DNA of 32,000 bases from Desulfotalea psychrophila LSv54 (GTDB taxonomy: Bacteria > Desulfobacterota > Desulfobulbia > Desulfobulbales > Desulfocapsaceae), in contig NC_006138.1 of the NCBI RefSeq assembly GCF_000025945.1, positions 2,370,001 through 2,402,000 of the forward strand. The letters run 5' to 3'. The position numbers and the translations under genes were made by a program. The stretch's first letter is position 1, and each line of letters begins with the position of its first letter. Of this stretch, positions 10,884 through 20,349 are shown piece by piece. The notes under the pieces were generated by a model. It ran no database searches. It was not told where the DNA came from and saw only the letters and a list, made by a program, of their open reading frames with translations.

Positions 10884-10922
10884 TATCGTACAACACTCGT
10901 GCTAATGTAGCGCGGTACGATA
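10884..10922 (+). ncRNA. candidate structured RNA hairpin upstream of a terminator
   Basis: Perfect 8-bp inverted repeat TATCGTAC (10884-10891) / GTACGATA (10915-10922), immediately followed by a strong intrinsic terminator; no supported ORF. Confidence 0.3.
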
Positions 10923-10928
10923 GCAGAG

Positions 10929-10959
10929 AAACCCAAGGTTGGTTACCTTGGGTTTTTTT
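10929..10959 (+). terminator. strong rho-independent terminator
   Basis: Perfect 10-bp stem AAACCCAAGG (10929-10938) / CCTTGGGTTT (10946-10955), 7-nt loop, T run through 10959. Confidence 0.85.
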
Positions 10960-11150
10960 GTATTCTATCCGCTATATAGAGCTTACGTCAAACGTTGCAT
11001 TTTTCCGAGTCATGCTTTCGAAGAATTATTCCAAAAGAAGACTATTATCTACAGGATAGATGCACTCATTTTTCTGATCTTCTTCTTTCTATAATTGCTA
11101 ATTTTCATACGGAAATATTTATAACAGGACTAGGGGAGACTCTTTGCGTG

Positions 11151-11213
11151 ATAACGATGGGGGGCAAATCGTTATTGGCTTGAGGCTCCCTAAGGGAAAG
11201 CCAAGGTTTTTTT
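11151..11213 (+). terminator. double hairpin ending in a rho-independent terminator
   Basis: Hairpin 1: ATAACGAT (11151-11158) / ATCGTTAT (11168-11175). Hairpin 2: TTGGCTT (11175-11181) / AAGCCAA (11198-11204) with inner TCCC/GGGA pairing, then GGTTTTTTT. Confidence 0.65.
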
Positions 11214-11246
11214 AAGCGCCCCGATCGACTTTTTATGCATTTTGTT

Positions 11247-11352
11247 GGCCTTGTTGCATAAATTCTGAAGGAAGAAAATCAGTTTTCCTCTGTTCCACTC
11301 CATCTTAGCAAACAACCTCTTGAACAGGCATTGCTCTTGCTCAAGGTCTTGA
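11247..11352. mobile_element. truncated IS end (outer end at 11247)
   Basis: GGCCTTGTTGCATAAATTCTGAAGGAAGAAAATCAGTTTTCC...AGCAAACAACCTCTTGAACAGGCATTGCTCTTG matches the reverse complement of the right half of the 19769-19971 element. Confidence 0.7.
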
Positions 11353-11742
11353 TTACAGTGGACTTAGGCTTGACCGTTGTATTCGCGAAGGCTTAAATTA
11401 TCGTTCATCAACTGCTTGTAGTGATACATGGCAGAATTTAAATTTTCGAACGATGTTAAAGCGATTCAATTGCAAAACAATCGAGTTTTCCAAAAGTACT
11501 GAGCTGCATGATAAGGTAATTGGTACTTTTTTCGAACGAGAATTTTATTAAATAACAAATTGGCATTACGACCTAAGTTGTTTATAGCTTATGCTTACCC
11601 CTCCCAAAAATAGTTTAATTACTACTTGCGAAGTGTAAACTTGCTTTTTCTTTTACGTTTTTTACAGAGCGATTTTACGAAGTCAGCACTTGTTATATGA
11701 ATTCAGGCATTAAAAAATTATCAAAATAATGAAAAAGGGAAT

Positions 11743-12399
11743 TTGCATAAAATGAATATTACCTACAGAGATGCTTCTGTTAATGACTTTAGCACTATTA
11801 TACAAATATTTGTAAAGAATATGTCCCACAGCGTATTTACTAAAGCAACTGATAAAGATGTCCTTAGCTGCATAGCAGCTATTCAGATGGCAGAAGAATT
11901 TCATATTGCAAGTTGTATCAAAATAGCTGAATGGGATGGAGAGATATGTGGTGTTTTGATAGGTGCAACTGATGCTAGTGTGCCACCAGCAGTTTCATTC
12001 GACTATAACGCAATGATAAGAGATGCCAACATAAAGTTAACGACCACGAGTGAAGGACAGATGGTTTTAACAGAAATGCTTTTACATAATAAAAACGTAA
12101 AATTTGAATCGGAATGTGAGGTGATATTAGACTGTGATGGAGAATTGATGTTTTTTGCTGTGAATCAAGAGTACCGGCGCTACAAGATAGGATCTTGCTT
12201 AGTGAAGAACTTTGAAGAGTTTCTTCAGAAATGTGGTAGCAAAAAATATTTCCTTCATACTGATAGTCAATCCACTTTTCAATATTATGAGAACAACGGG
12301 TTTGAATGTGTGTGGAAAAAACAAAGTATATTTAACTCATCCGTTGAGCATTATACATACGTAAAAGAATTAGGAGCATGTTGCGTTTCGAGGTCGTAA
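11743..12399 (+). CDS. GNAT-family N-acetyltransferase
   Basis: GNAT features: N-terminal ITYRDASVNDFSTIIQIF, AVNQEYRRYKIGSCLVKNFEEFL (acetyl-CoA loop region), FLHTDSQSTFQYYENNGFECVWKK; 218 aa (MNITYR at 11752 is an alternative start). Confidence 0.8.
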   Translation: MHKMNITYRDASVNDFSTIIQIFVKNMSHSVFTKATDKDVLSCIAAIQMAEEFHIASCIKIAEWDGEICGVLIGATDASVPPAVSFDYNAMIRDANIKLTTTSEGQMVLTEMLLHNKNVKFESECEVILDCDGELMFFAVNQEYRRYKIGSCLVKNFEEFLQKCGSKKYFLHTDSQSTFQYYENNGFECVWKKQSIFNSSVEHYTYVKELGACCVSRS

Positions 12400-12800
12400 C
12401 TTGGTAAAGGAATGTTTTATTGTTACTTGTTGGGGCCCGACGATTGGTTGGCCGCTTCTTAAATAAATTTGGTTTGAGTTGATGAAACTCTTTCAGCTTA
12501 TCCATGGGCGTTAAATGCTTCAATGCTTTTTGCGGGTGGCTATTATAAACGAGTTCGTATCGGTGCATTGTATCCTCAAGATCTTGTGCTGACTCGAAAG
12601 TAGTTCTTTTCAGAATGGCAGCAATGCGCCCATTGAAACGTTCAACCATTCCGTTTGATTGAGGATGCATTGGCTTTATAAGTCTATGCTCAATATTGTG
12701 GACGGTGCAATTTTGGTCAAAACCATGTTTACCTGTATGTACTTACGAATTCGGGGCGTTGTGGTTGCATTTGCATGTAGCTTATGGCAAAAATCACCTT
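12332..12800 (-). pseudogene. decayed integrase-core (DDE) transposase, IS481/IS3-like C-terminal region
   Basis: HPQSNGMVERFNGRIAAILKRTTF...YNSHPQKALKHLTPMDKL. In frame upstream of the listed ATG the sequence reads APNS*VHTGKHGFDQNCTVHNIEHRLIKPMHPQSNG, with an internal stop and a degenerate 5' part. Confidence 0.8.
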
Positions 12801-12978
12801 TTGAAAGGAAGTTAATAAAATCCTGCATCCATGCATATGATTGCAACAACCTTTCACTACGGATGTCTAGGAAATCATCAGGGACCCAACAATTAGGTTT
12901 GAATAGGTTGACTAACTACGTACTTCTTTATTATTATCCCGTGATAAACACTCTATCGTCGTGGACTTGGTACTTCTC

Positions 12979-13995
12979 TCAAGATTCTTCAGGATAACAG
13001 CCACAAAGGCAGTTCGCAAGCTTGTCAGGCGTCAGTTGCCAGAAGTAGCACTGCAGATCGACGCTACATAGCGCCCTTTTGAATTCATCAAGATCATAAC
13101 GTCGACCGGTCAGCACTGCTTCCAATCCTTGCATATCATTTCCACAGGCACTATCACCACAAATCTTGATATTTTTGACAATCCCCCCCTTTACCATTAG
13201 GTCAAGGTCAATCCGGCAGTCATTCAACCGGGCGGTTCTGCGGATACGGCATTCAGGGGATTTGCCATAGTTCCATTCCCAGGCATGGTACTTTTCTTTG
13301 GACAGCAGGTGGATGTCTTTCCAGTCCTTGTCGGTCAGTTTCTTTTCCCGCATGCCGCCGTACGGCGCAAAAATAGAATCCTGTATACTGTTCTTGAAAG
13401 TGTCCATATCCATGTAGCCTACAAGGTGCTCGCAGATGTTTGTCACCCTGCTTCTGACGGATGGTACGCCCCTGGAGTCAGTTTGCTCCACTTTCCCCTT
13501 CAGGGCGCGAGCCAAGTCTTGCATCTCCACATCAAAAAGCAGTGTTCCGTGGCTGACTATGCTCTTTTTCGTTGAATATTGGGCCATTCCAGATATTTTC
13601 ATGCCGAAAGCGAAGATATTGTTTCTCTCGGAAAGTTCTGCCGGAACGCCCAGGCCCTGCAATGCCTTGATAACCGGCGCGGTGATTTTTTTGAAATTAA
13701 GTATGTTCGATTTTTCGTATTTGGTGATGAAACTAAAATTCAGATTCCCGTGGTCATGGTAGACGGCGCCACCTCCCGAAATCCTGCGAACGACATGAAT
13801 CTCCTTCTGTCTGACGAATGCGTGATCGATTTCCTGAAACGCATTCTGGCTTCTTCCTATTATGACAGCAGGCTCATTGATATACAATAGCAGGTAGTCA
13901 TGCTGCGGATCAAGATTCCTCAGGCAATATTCTTCGAAAGCCAGGTTGAGGCGCGGGTCGGTAATGCCGGAATTATCGATAAATAACATGGCCAT
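12979..13995 (-). CDS. lplA: lipoate-protein ligase A
   Basis: NLAFEEYCLRN, VIIGRSQNAFQEID, VVRRISGGGAVYHDHGNLNFSFI, FGMKISGMAQY, HGTLLFDVEM; 338 aa. Confidence 0.92.
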   Translation of the reverse strand: MAMLFIDNSGITDPRLNLAFEEYCLRNLDPQHDYLLLYINEPAVIIGRSQNAFQEIDHAFVRQKEIHVVRRISGGGAVYHDHGNLNFSFITKYEKSNILNFKKITAPVIKALQGLGVPAELSERNNIFAFGMKISGMAQYSTKKSIVSHGTLLFDVEMQDLARALKGKVEQTDSRGVPSVRSRVTNICEHLVGYMDMDTFKNSIQDSIFAPYGGMREKKLTDKDWKDIHLLSKEKYHAWEWNYGKSPECRIRRTARLNDCRIDLDLMVKGGIVKNIKICGDSACGNDMQGLEAVLTGRRYDLDEFKRALCSVDLQCYFWQLTPDKLANCLCGCYPEES

Positions 13996-14078
13996 CCTTG
14001 ACCTCTGCTGTTGAAACCTGAAAACAGGCTATGGATCGGTTACGGGCATTGGCAAGGTGCAGGCCGGCCTGCCAAACC

Positions 14079-14324
14079 TCAGTCGATGCGGGCAGCGAGG
14101 TAGCCGATGAGGTCGTTTAGGGTAATGATCTGTCCATAGTCCTCCTCTGGAATTTCCACCCCGAGTTCTTCATAGAGCTTGACGAAAAAAGTGAGGACAT
14201 CAAAAGAGTCGATGTCGAGGGCATCCTGCATGTTCTCGTCGGCAGCCAACCCATCTAAATCGGCTTCGGGGGTGATTGGTTGCAGGGCCCGGAGGATGGT
14301 CTCTTTGATTTGCTCTTTTCTCAT
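14079..14324 (-). CDS. acyl carrier protein
   Basis: ATG at 14324 ([17 protein letters not shown]...) instead of the track start at 14462. [25 protein letters not shown] is the ACP phosphopantetheine (DSx) region; overlaps the upstream E2 stop by 4 nt. Confidence 0.85.
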   Translation of the reverse strand: MRKEQIKETILRALQPITPEADLDGLAADENMQDALDIDSFDVLTFFVKLYEELGVEIPEEDYGQIITLNDLIGYLAARID

Positions 14325-15514
14325 AACTCTTCCGGTTTTTGCAGGTGGTGGTTGAGGGCTTCCAGAAACTGGGCCCCGCGATGGCCGTCGGTGGCACGGT
14401 GGTCTGCGGCCAGAGTGGCTGTCAGGATGGGACGAATGCCGAGCATACCGTCCTTGGCCCAAGGCTGCTCCAGGATTTTACCGAACCCGACCAGCGCTAC
14501 TTGGGGGGGATAGATGACGCCATGAACCACCTCAACCCCCAGGTCCCCCAGGTTTGTTATGGTAACGGTAGCATCGGTCAGCTCCGAGCTGCGCAGGTGA
14601 CCGCTGCGGGTGCGGGTAATCAGGTCGGACAAGGTTTCCATCAGCTCGGGCAGGCTCTTGAGGTTGGCATGGTGAATGGCCGGTGCCACCAGGCCGCCCT
14701 GCCGAAGCGAGATAACGAAGCCGATATGCACCGCTTCCTCGGGCTGTTGGCGATTGTCGAGCCAATAACCGTTGAGTTCCGGCACCTTTGCCAGGGCCAG
14801 GGCGGTGGCTTTGATCAGCGGCACCACAGGCAATACCCGCTCCTTGATAGAACGTTTCTTGTTCTCTGCCTCCAGCCAGCGCAGGGTATTGCTCATATCG
14901 ATGCGGCTGGCCAGATAGTAATGAGGAATTTCCCGGTTGGACCGGGCCATTGCGGTTGCAATGGCCTGCCGCATGGCGGCCCCTGGCGTAGATGGCACCG
15001 ATTGGGCTGCGGCCTTTTCCGCCGCTGCGGCACGTTCAATGTCGATGCCGGTGATGGCGCCGCCCTGCCCTGTGCCCTGGACTGTGCTCAGTTCAACGTC
15101 CAGTTCAGCAAGCAGCTTGCGCGCCCGGGGCGAAATCCTCAGCCTTTTGCCCGCTGCAGTGACCACAGCCGGAGGCGGCTCTGCCGCCGGTTCCTCACGG
15201 TGCGCCGCGATCAGGCAGGCCTTGTACTTGAACACCGGTTCCGGCAACGCTTCTTCCCTCAGCTCCCTGCCCTGCTCTCCGTTCCCCTGGATGGTCGCCA
15301 GCACAGTGCCCACGGGAACATTCTCGCCCCGCTGGACCAGGATCTGCTCGATGACGCCGTCGGTAAACACCTCGATCTCGATCACCCCTTTTGCGGTTTC
15401 CACCTCGGCAATGATATCGCCACGTTTGACCTGATCGCCCAGCTTGACCTTCCATTCGACCAGCCGCCCCTCTTTCATGTCGGCACCCAGGCTGGGCATG
15501 CGGAACTCAGTCAT
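14321..15514 (-). CDS. 2-oxoacid dehydrogenase complex E2 (dihydrolipoamide acyltransferase)
   Basis: ATG at 15514 ([16 protein letters not shown]). Lipoyl domain with ETAKG, peripheral-subunit-binding domain [13 protein letters not shown], catalytic [10 protein letters not shown] motif. Confidence 0.93.
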   Translation of the reverse strand: MTEFRMPSLGADMKEGRLVEWKVKLGDQVKRGDIIAEVETAKGVIEIEVFTDGVIEQILVQRGENVPVGTVLATIQGNGEQGRELREEALPEPVFKYKACLIAAHREEPAAEPPPAVVTAAGKRLRISPRARKLLAELDVELSTVQGTGQGGAITGIDIERAAAAEKAAAQSVPSTPGAAMRQAIATAMARSNREIPHYYLASRIDMSNTLRWLEAENKKRSIKERVLPVVPLIKATALALAKVPELNGYWLDNRQQPEEAVHIGFVISLRQGGLVAPAIHHANLKSLPELMETLSDLITRTRSGHLRSSELTDATVTITNLGDLGVEVVHGVIYPPQVALVGFGKILEQPWAKDGMLGIRPILTATLAADHRATDGHRGAQFLEALNHHLQKPEEL

Positions 15515-16505
15515 TGGAAGCCACCATTCTTTTTGCGGTTGTGACGATGGTCTCAGCCTGCGGCATCGCCGCGTCTTCAAGGTGTTTGGCGTAGGGCATG
15601 GGGACCTCGGCGCCACAGATCCTCTCGACGGGGACATCCAGATCGTAAAAGGCACCTTCCATGATACGTGCACTGATCTCTGCGGAAATTCCCCCGCTAC
15701 GCCAGCCTTCATCGACGATCAGTGCCCGGTGCGTAGTTGCGATGGAGGAGAGGAAAGTCTCCTCATCCAGCGGCCGCAGGGTCCGCAGGTCTATCACTTC
15801 CGCCTCGATGCCTTCGCCGGCGAGTGCTTCGGCCGCCTCCAGAGCCTTGAACAGGCTGGCGCCGTAGGTGATGATCGTCAGGTCACGGCCTCGTCGGCGT
15901 ATCAGGGCCCTGTCAATGTCCACGGCTCCTGCGTCTGCCGCCAGCGGCCCCTCCATGTTCAGCAACCCCTGGTGTTCAAAGATGAGCACCGGATCGGGGT
16001 CTTCCAGGGCGGTCCAGAGCATGCCTCGCGCATCCTCCAGGGTTGCCGGGGTCAACACCTTGATGCCGGGAACATGGGCATACCACCCCTCCAGGCTGTG
16101 AGAGTGCTGGGCCGCCAGCTGCTTGCCGCCGCCGGTGGACATGCGGATAACCAGAGGAACATTGAACAGCCCGCCCGACATATGCAGAAATGTTGCGGCA
16201 TTGTTGATGATCTGATCGGCTGCCAAAAGGCTGAAATTGACCGTCATAATTTCCACGATGGGACGCATGCCGCCAAGGGCAGCCCCAATGCCGGCCCCGG
16301 TGAAGGCCGACTCCGACAGGGGCGTGTCGATGATCCGCTCCGGGCCGAACTCTTCGAGCAGCCCTTTACTGACTGCAAAGCAGCCACCGTACCGGCCGAC
16401 ATCCTCCCCCAAAAGAAACACTCTTTTGTCCCGTTGCATCGCTTCGCGCATCGCTGCCCGCACAGCTTCCCGATACGTGGTCTGAATCATGTTTTTTTCG
16501 CTCAT
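15507..16505 (-). CDS. pyruvate/acetoin-type dehydrogenase E1 component, beta subunit
   Basis: [65 protein letters not shown] is classic E1-beta; 332 aa. Confidence 0.94.
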   Translation of the reverse strand: MSEKNMIQTTYREAVRAAMREAMQRDKRVFLLGEDVGRYGGCFAVSKGLLEEFGPERIIDTPLSESAFTGAGIGAALGGMRPIVEIMTVNFSLLAADQIINNAATFLHMSGGLFNVPLVIRMSTGGGKQLAAQHSHSLEGWYAHVPGIKVLTPATLEDARGMLWTALEDPDPVLIFEHQGLLNMEGPLAADAGAVDIDRALIRRRGRDLTIITYGASLFKALEAAEALAGEGIEAEVIDLRTLRPLDEETFLSSIATTHRALIVDEGWRSGGISAEISARIMEGAFYDLDVPVERICGAEVPMPYAKHLEDAAMPQAETIVTTAKRMVASND

Positions 16506-17509
16506 GTCGTCCCCCTTTCCGAATAAACAAAGCGCGTTAGATCCTCCACCGGCTCCCAGGTACCGTTTTCGGCAAAAGCCACCGCCTCTTCAATTTCCCT
16601 GGCAACTTGCCGCTCCAGTTTCTCCATGTCGCCATCGCTTAGCAGATCCTGCTTCTTGAGGCGTTTGACGAAGGAATCGATGGGGCAACGTTTCTTCCAC
16701 TTGTCGACCTCGGCCTTGGACCGATAGAGTTCCGGATCAAACATCGAATGGGCCCGGAAACGGTAGGTGCGGCACTCCAGAAAGTACGGTTTTTGTCCCG
16801 AGCGCACAGCGTTCACAGCTTCATTGGCCGCCGCCTCAACGGCAAGTACATCCATGCCATCCACGGCTGAGGCGGCAATGCGGTAGCTGACCGCCTTACG
16901 GGTCAGATCGGTGACCGACTGCGACCGCTCCAAGGCGGTGCCCATGGCATAAAGATTGTTCTCACAGATAAAAAGGACCGGGAGGTTCCAGAGGGCGGCC
17001 AGGTTCATCGATTCGTGAAACTCCCCTTCGGAGACGGCTCCGTCACCGAAGAAACAGCAGGTGACACGCTTTTTGCCCTGCATCTTGTCAGCCAGGGCCA
17101 ATCCCACCGCCAGTGGCAAGCCGCCGCCGACGATGGCGTTACCGCCGTAGAACCGGGTCTTGTCGTCAAATATGTGCATCGACCCGCCTCGCCCCCGGCT
17201 GCAACCCTCCTGTTTGCCGTACATTTCCGCCATGATGGCGCCGGCGGATATGCCACGGGCCAAGGCGTTGCCGTGTTCGCGGTAGGTGCCCACTGAGGCA
17301 TCCTCCGGTTCAAGCGCCGCGCTCACGCCAGCGGCCACCGCCTCTTCACCAATATAGAGATGCAGAAAGCCGCGGATCTTCATCTTGGTGTAGAGTTCAG
17401 CAGCCTTCTCTTCAAAACGCCGTATGCGCACCATCTGATACAGCAGCTGTCGCGCATGCGCAGGATCAACCCCGGCCCCTGCCGAGCCGCTTGTCGCTTT
17501 TACCTTCAT
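16502..17509 (-). CDS. pyruvate/acetoin-type dehydrogenase E1 component, alpha subunit
   Basis: [33 protein letters not shown], and the TPP motif [31 protein letters not shown]; 335 aa. Confidence 0.95.
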   Translation of the reverse strand: MKVKATSGSAGAGVDPAHARQLLYQMVRIRRFEEKAAELYTKMKIRGFLHLYIGEEAVAAGVSAALEPEDASVGTYREHGNALARGISAGAIMAEMYGKQEGCSRGRGGSMHIFDDKTRFYGGNAIVGGGLPLAVGLALADKMQGKKRVTCCFFGDGAVSEGEFHESMNLAALWNLPVLFICENNLYAMGTALERSQSVTDLTRKAVSYRIAASAVDGMDVLAVEAAANEAVNAVRSGQKPYFLECRTYRFRAHSMFDPELYRSKAEVDKWKKRCPIDSFVKRLKKQDLLSDGDMEKLERQVAREIEEAVAFAENGTWEPVEDLTRFVYSERGTT

Positions 17510-19287
17510 TCGTCTACCTCCAGTGTCGATGTGTCGCCCTCGGCGAGCCCCAGCTCACGCGCCTTGAGTAGCCGCCGCATGATTTTGCCGCTGCGGGTCT
17601 TGGGCAGATTGTCACGAAATTCAATCTCTTTCGGAGCCACCGCCGAGCCAAGCTTCTTGCGTGCGAAGCCGATGAGTTCCAGACGCAACTCTTCGCTGGG
17701 TTCTGTGCCCGGCTTAAGGGTGACGAAGGCCTTGACCAACTCACCGATCAATGCTTCGGGCTTGCCGATGACGCCTGCCTCAGTCACCGCCGGATGCTCC
17801 AGCAGCGCGCTTTCGACTTCGAACGGCCCGACCATATGGCCCGAGGTTTTGATAATGTCATCGGCACGGCCGACAAACCAGAAATAGCCGTCCGCATCGC
17901 GATAAGCCAGATCACCGGTTATGTACCAGTCGCCGACAAAGCATTTGCGGTAGCGCTGCTCCTCATGAAGATAAGCACGGAACATGGAGGGCCAGCCGGG
18001 CCGTAAGGCCAGTTCGCCCTGGGTGCCCGGTTCGGTAACTGCTTCGGCCCTTTCCCCGGTGCCGCGCCGCACGATCGCCGCCTCGATCCCCGGCAGCGGT
18101 AAGCCCATAGAACCAGGGCGGATGTCTACGGCTGGGTAATTGGCGATCATAATGCCGCCTGTTTCGGTCTGCCACCAGTTGTCATGGATTGGTAGGCCCA
18201 GACTTTGCTGTCCCCAGGATACGGCTTCGGGGTTGAGCGGTTCACCAACGCTATGAATGCAGCGCAGGTGGCTCAGATCATACTGTTTGGTGGGATCGAT
18301 GGCCAGGCGCATCAGTCGCCGAATGGCTGTGGGGGCTGTGTACCAGATATTTACCTGCTGCTCCTCCAGCAGCTGGTACCAGCGCTTGGCATCGAACTCT
18401 GCTTCGTCGATGATGTTGGTTACGCCGTGAACGAGAGGGGCGATAATGCCGTAGGAGGTGCCGGTGACCCAGCCGGGGTCGGCGGTGCACCAGAAAACAT
18501 CTCCGGGGTGAAAATCGAGTACGTACTTACCGGTCAGGTAGTGGGTAAGCACCGCATTGTGTACATGAACAGCACCCTTCGGCATCCCCGTGGTACCACT
18601 GGTAAAATGGACAATCGCCATATCCTCCGGGTCAGTCGGTGGAATGATAAACGCGTCCGCAGCCTCTTCCATACGTCTGGGCAGCGACCAGAGGCCTTCA
18701 CCGATATCTTGCGCCGCATCGATGAGCAGGATATGTTTTAGCTGCGGCAGTCGCTCGCGCAGAGCGGCGACTTTCTGTTTATAGAGCCGCTCGGTGGTCA
18801 CCAGGACCTTGGCATCGCCCTTGCTCAGGCGTTGATAGATTGGCTCCGAGCCAAAAGCGGAAAACAGTGGACAGAAGACGCTGCCGTTCTTCCAGGTGCC
18901 AAAGGCAGAGAAATATAGCTCGGGCACCCGCCCTGCCAGGGTGAACACCCGCTCTCCCCTGCCGATATCCAGTTCCCTGAGCACGTTGGCAAAACGGTTG
19001 CTCTGTCTCTTCAGGTCTGAGTAGCTGAAGTCACGAACGCCGCCGTCCTTGCCCAGCCAGCGTATGGCCAGACGGTCACCCCGCGGGCCATTGGCATGAC
19101 GGTCTACAGCCTCATGGGCGATGTTCAAACCCTTGTTTTCCGGTAGTCCGTCCAATTCCCGACGGGCTGTTGCCCATGAAAACTGGTCACAGGTTTTGCC
19201 ATAGTCCAAGAGGTTCGGTTGCACTGCCCAGGAATTGGCAGCCTTTGTGATCGCTTTGCAAGGCCCGGAATCATCTTTCATCTTCAC
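17506..19287 (-). CDS. AMP-forming acetyl/acyl-CoA synthetase (AcsA-like)
   Basis: [80 protein letters not shown]. The GTG start at 19287 is from the track; the ATG at 19281, preceded by AGAGGTGAAG, is likely the true start. Confidence 0.92.
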   Translation of the reverse strand: MKMKDDSGPCKAITKAANSWAVQPNLLDYGKTCDQFSWATARRELDGLPENKGLNIAHEAVDRHANGPRGDRLAIRWLGKDGGVRDFSYSDLKRQSNRFANVLRELDIGRGERVFTLAGRVPELYFSAFGTWKNGSVFCPLFSAFGSEPIYQRLSKGDAKVLVTTERLYKQKVAALRERLPQLKHILLIDAAQDIGEGLWSLPRRMEEAADAFIIPPTDPEDMAIVHFTSGTTGMPKGAVHVHNAVLTHYLTGKYVLDFHPGDVFWCTADPGWVTGTSYGIIAPLVHGVTNIIDEAEFDAKRWYQLLEEQQVNIWYTAPTAIRRLMRLAIDPTKQYDLSHLRCIHSVGEPLNPEAVSWGQQSLGLPIHDNWWQTETGGIMIANYPAVDIRPGSMGLPLPGIEAAIVRRGTGERAEAVTEPGTQGELALRPGWPSMFRAYLHEEQRYRKCFVGDWYITGDLAYRDADGYFWFVGRADDIIKTSGHMVGPFEVESALLEHPAVTEAGVIGKPEALIGELVKAFVTLKPGTEPSEELRLELIGFARKKLGSAVAPKEIEFRDNLPKTRSGKIMRRLLKARELGLAEGDTSTLEVDE

Positions 19288-19768
19288 CTCTGTCTGCCGG
19301 TATCACTGGAATCAATCAATAGTTGCCAGCTTCTTTTCAGTTCATCTGGGCTTTTAGCATTTTCGACAGCCGCCGAAACAATTGTTGTTCATTTCGGTTA
19401 TGATGCAGATAATCTGGCAAGCCGTTTGGCTCTGGTTCCTCTGTCAATTATACAAACGCAGGTGCTGGCGGTTAGCCTGGCTGCATAATGTCTTAAACGT
19501 GCACCATATCAGAAGCTCAGACCTCTCAAATAAGCCTCTGACTATAGGTCGGAAATTGTGAAAAGGTTGTGTTGAGCCATGAAGTTGTAGCCGGTTTTAT
19601 GATAAATCGGGTCGTGCTTGACACTGCCTTTATATTATATATCTGTATGGCAGAAACATTTGCACTCCATACCAATGTTTAATGTTCGCATTTTCCCTGG
19701 TTCATATCAAGAAAAAGGCGACAAAAAGAATTTCAAGGATTCATTCGTGTCCATTGACAGTTGCTACC

Positions 19769-19971
19769 GGCCTTGTTGCACAAATAGAATTTGCTAGCAT
19801 TGCTCGATGATGTTTTCTTATAACATAGATTATTGGAAGAGTTATGGAAGACAGCAGCAGAAAGATCAAGGCTTTGAACAAGAGAGATGCCTGTTCGAGA
19901 GGTTGTTTGCTAATATGGAATGGAGCAGAGAGAAACTGATTTCCTTCTCTCATGATTTATGCAACAAGGCC
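19769..19971. mobile_element. 203-bp MITE-like / internally deleted IS5-like element
   Basis: Terminal inverted repeats GGCCTTGTTGCACAAAT (19769-19785) and ATTTATGCAACAAGGCC (19955-19971), 16/17 matching. Its two halves resemble the IS ends at 10670 and 11247 respectively. Confidence 0.8.
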
Positions 19972-20002
19972 CTCGACGCGGTGAAATCCGCAAGAGATAT
20001 AG

Positions 20003-20245
20003 AGAGGACAGGAGAATCAACTCGGTGCTCTTGGCCTCGTGCTAAATGCTTCAGTGCTTTGGCAAACACTATATATGGATCAAGCGGTGGAAACGTTACG
20101 TAATCAAGGAAGAGTGATTACGTCCGAGGATATATCTCGCCTTTCACCATTGGTGCACTCGAATTTAAACGTGCTTGGCAGCTATTCATTTGATTTATCG
20201 CCAGAGGTGGAGAAAGGCAAACTTCGGGCACTAAGGCCGATTTAG
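20003..20245 (+). pseudogene. C-terminal fragment of Tn3-family transposase TnpA
   Basis: In-frame translation RGQENQLGALGLVLNASVLWQTLYMDQAVETLRNQGRVITSEDISRLSPLVHSNLNVLGSYSFDLSPEVEKGKLRALRPI*, characteristic of the Tn3 TnpA C-terminus; upstream codon is TAG. Confidence 0.9.
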
Positions 20246-20273
20246 GTATGCAAAGAAGTCTGAGCATTATTGC

Positions 20274-20311
20274 TTAACCCGGTTTTGTGTTCCGTTACTG
20301 CCCAAACCCCT
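20274..20311 (+). repeat. right terminal inverted repeat of a Tn3-family transposon (38 bp)
   Basis: The reverse complement GGGGTTTGGGCAGTAACGGAACACAAAACCGGGTTAAG has the Tn3 IR architecture: starts GGGG, internal GGAAC and AAAAC, ends GTTAAG, 38 bp. It lies just downstream of the tnpA fragment. Confidence 0.85.
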
Positions 20312-20349
20312 GGGTTTGACACCTTCCAAAAATTTGGGTCTGGTACTGA

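Noticed and set aside
14339-15544. 401-aa plus-strand ORF
   Set aside because: Antisense to the E2 gene in GC-rich DNA; no family signature, whereas the minus strand has clear E2 motifs.
15444-16526. 360-aa plus-strand ORF
   Set aside because: Antisense shadow of the E1-beta gene.
17360-18741. plus-strand ORFs 17360-17887 and 18205-18741
   Set aside because: Antisense to E1-alpha and AMP-forming synthetase genes, no recognisable motifs.
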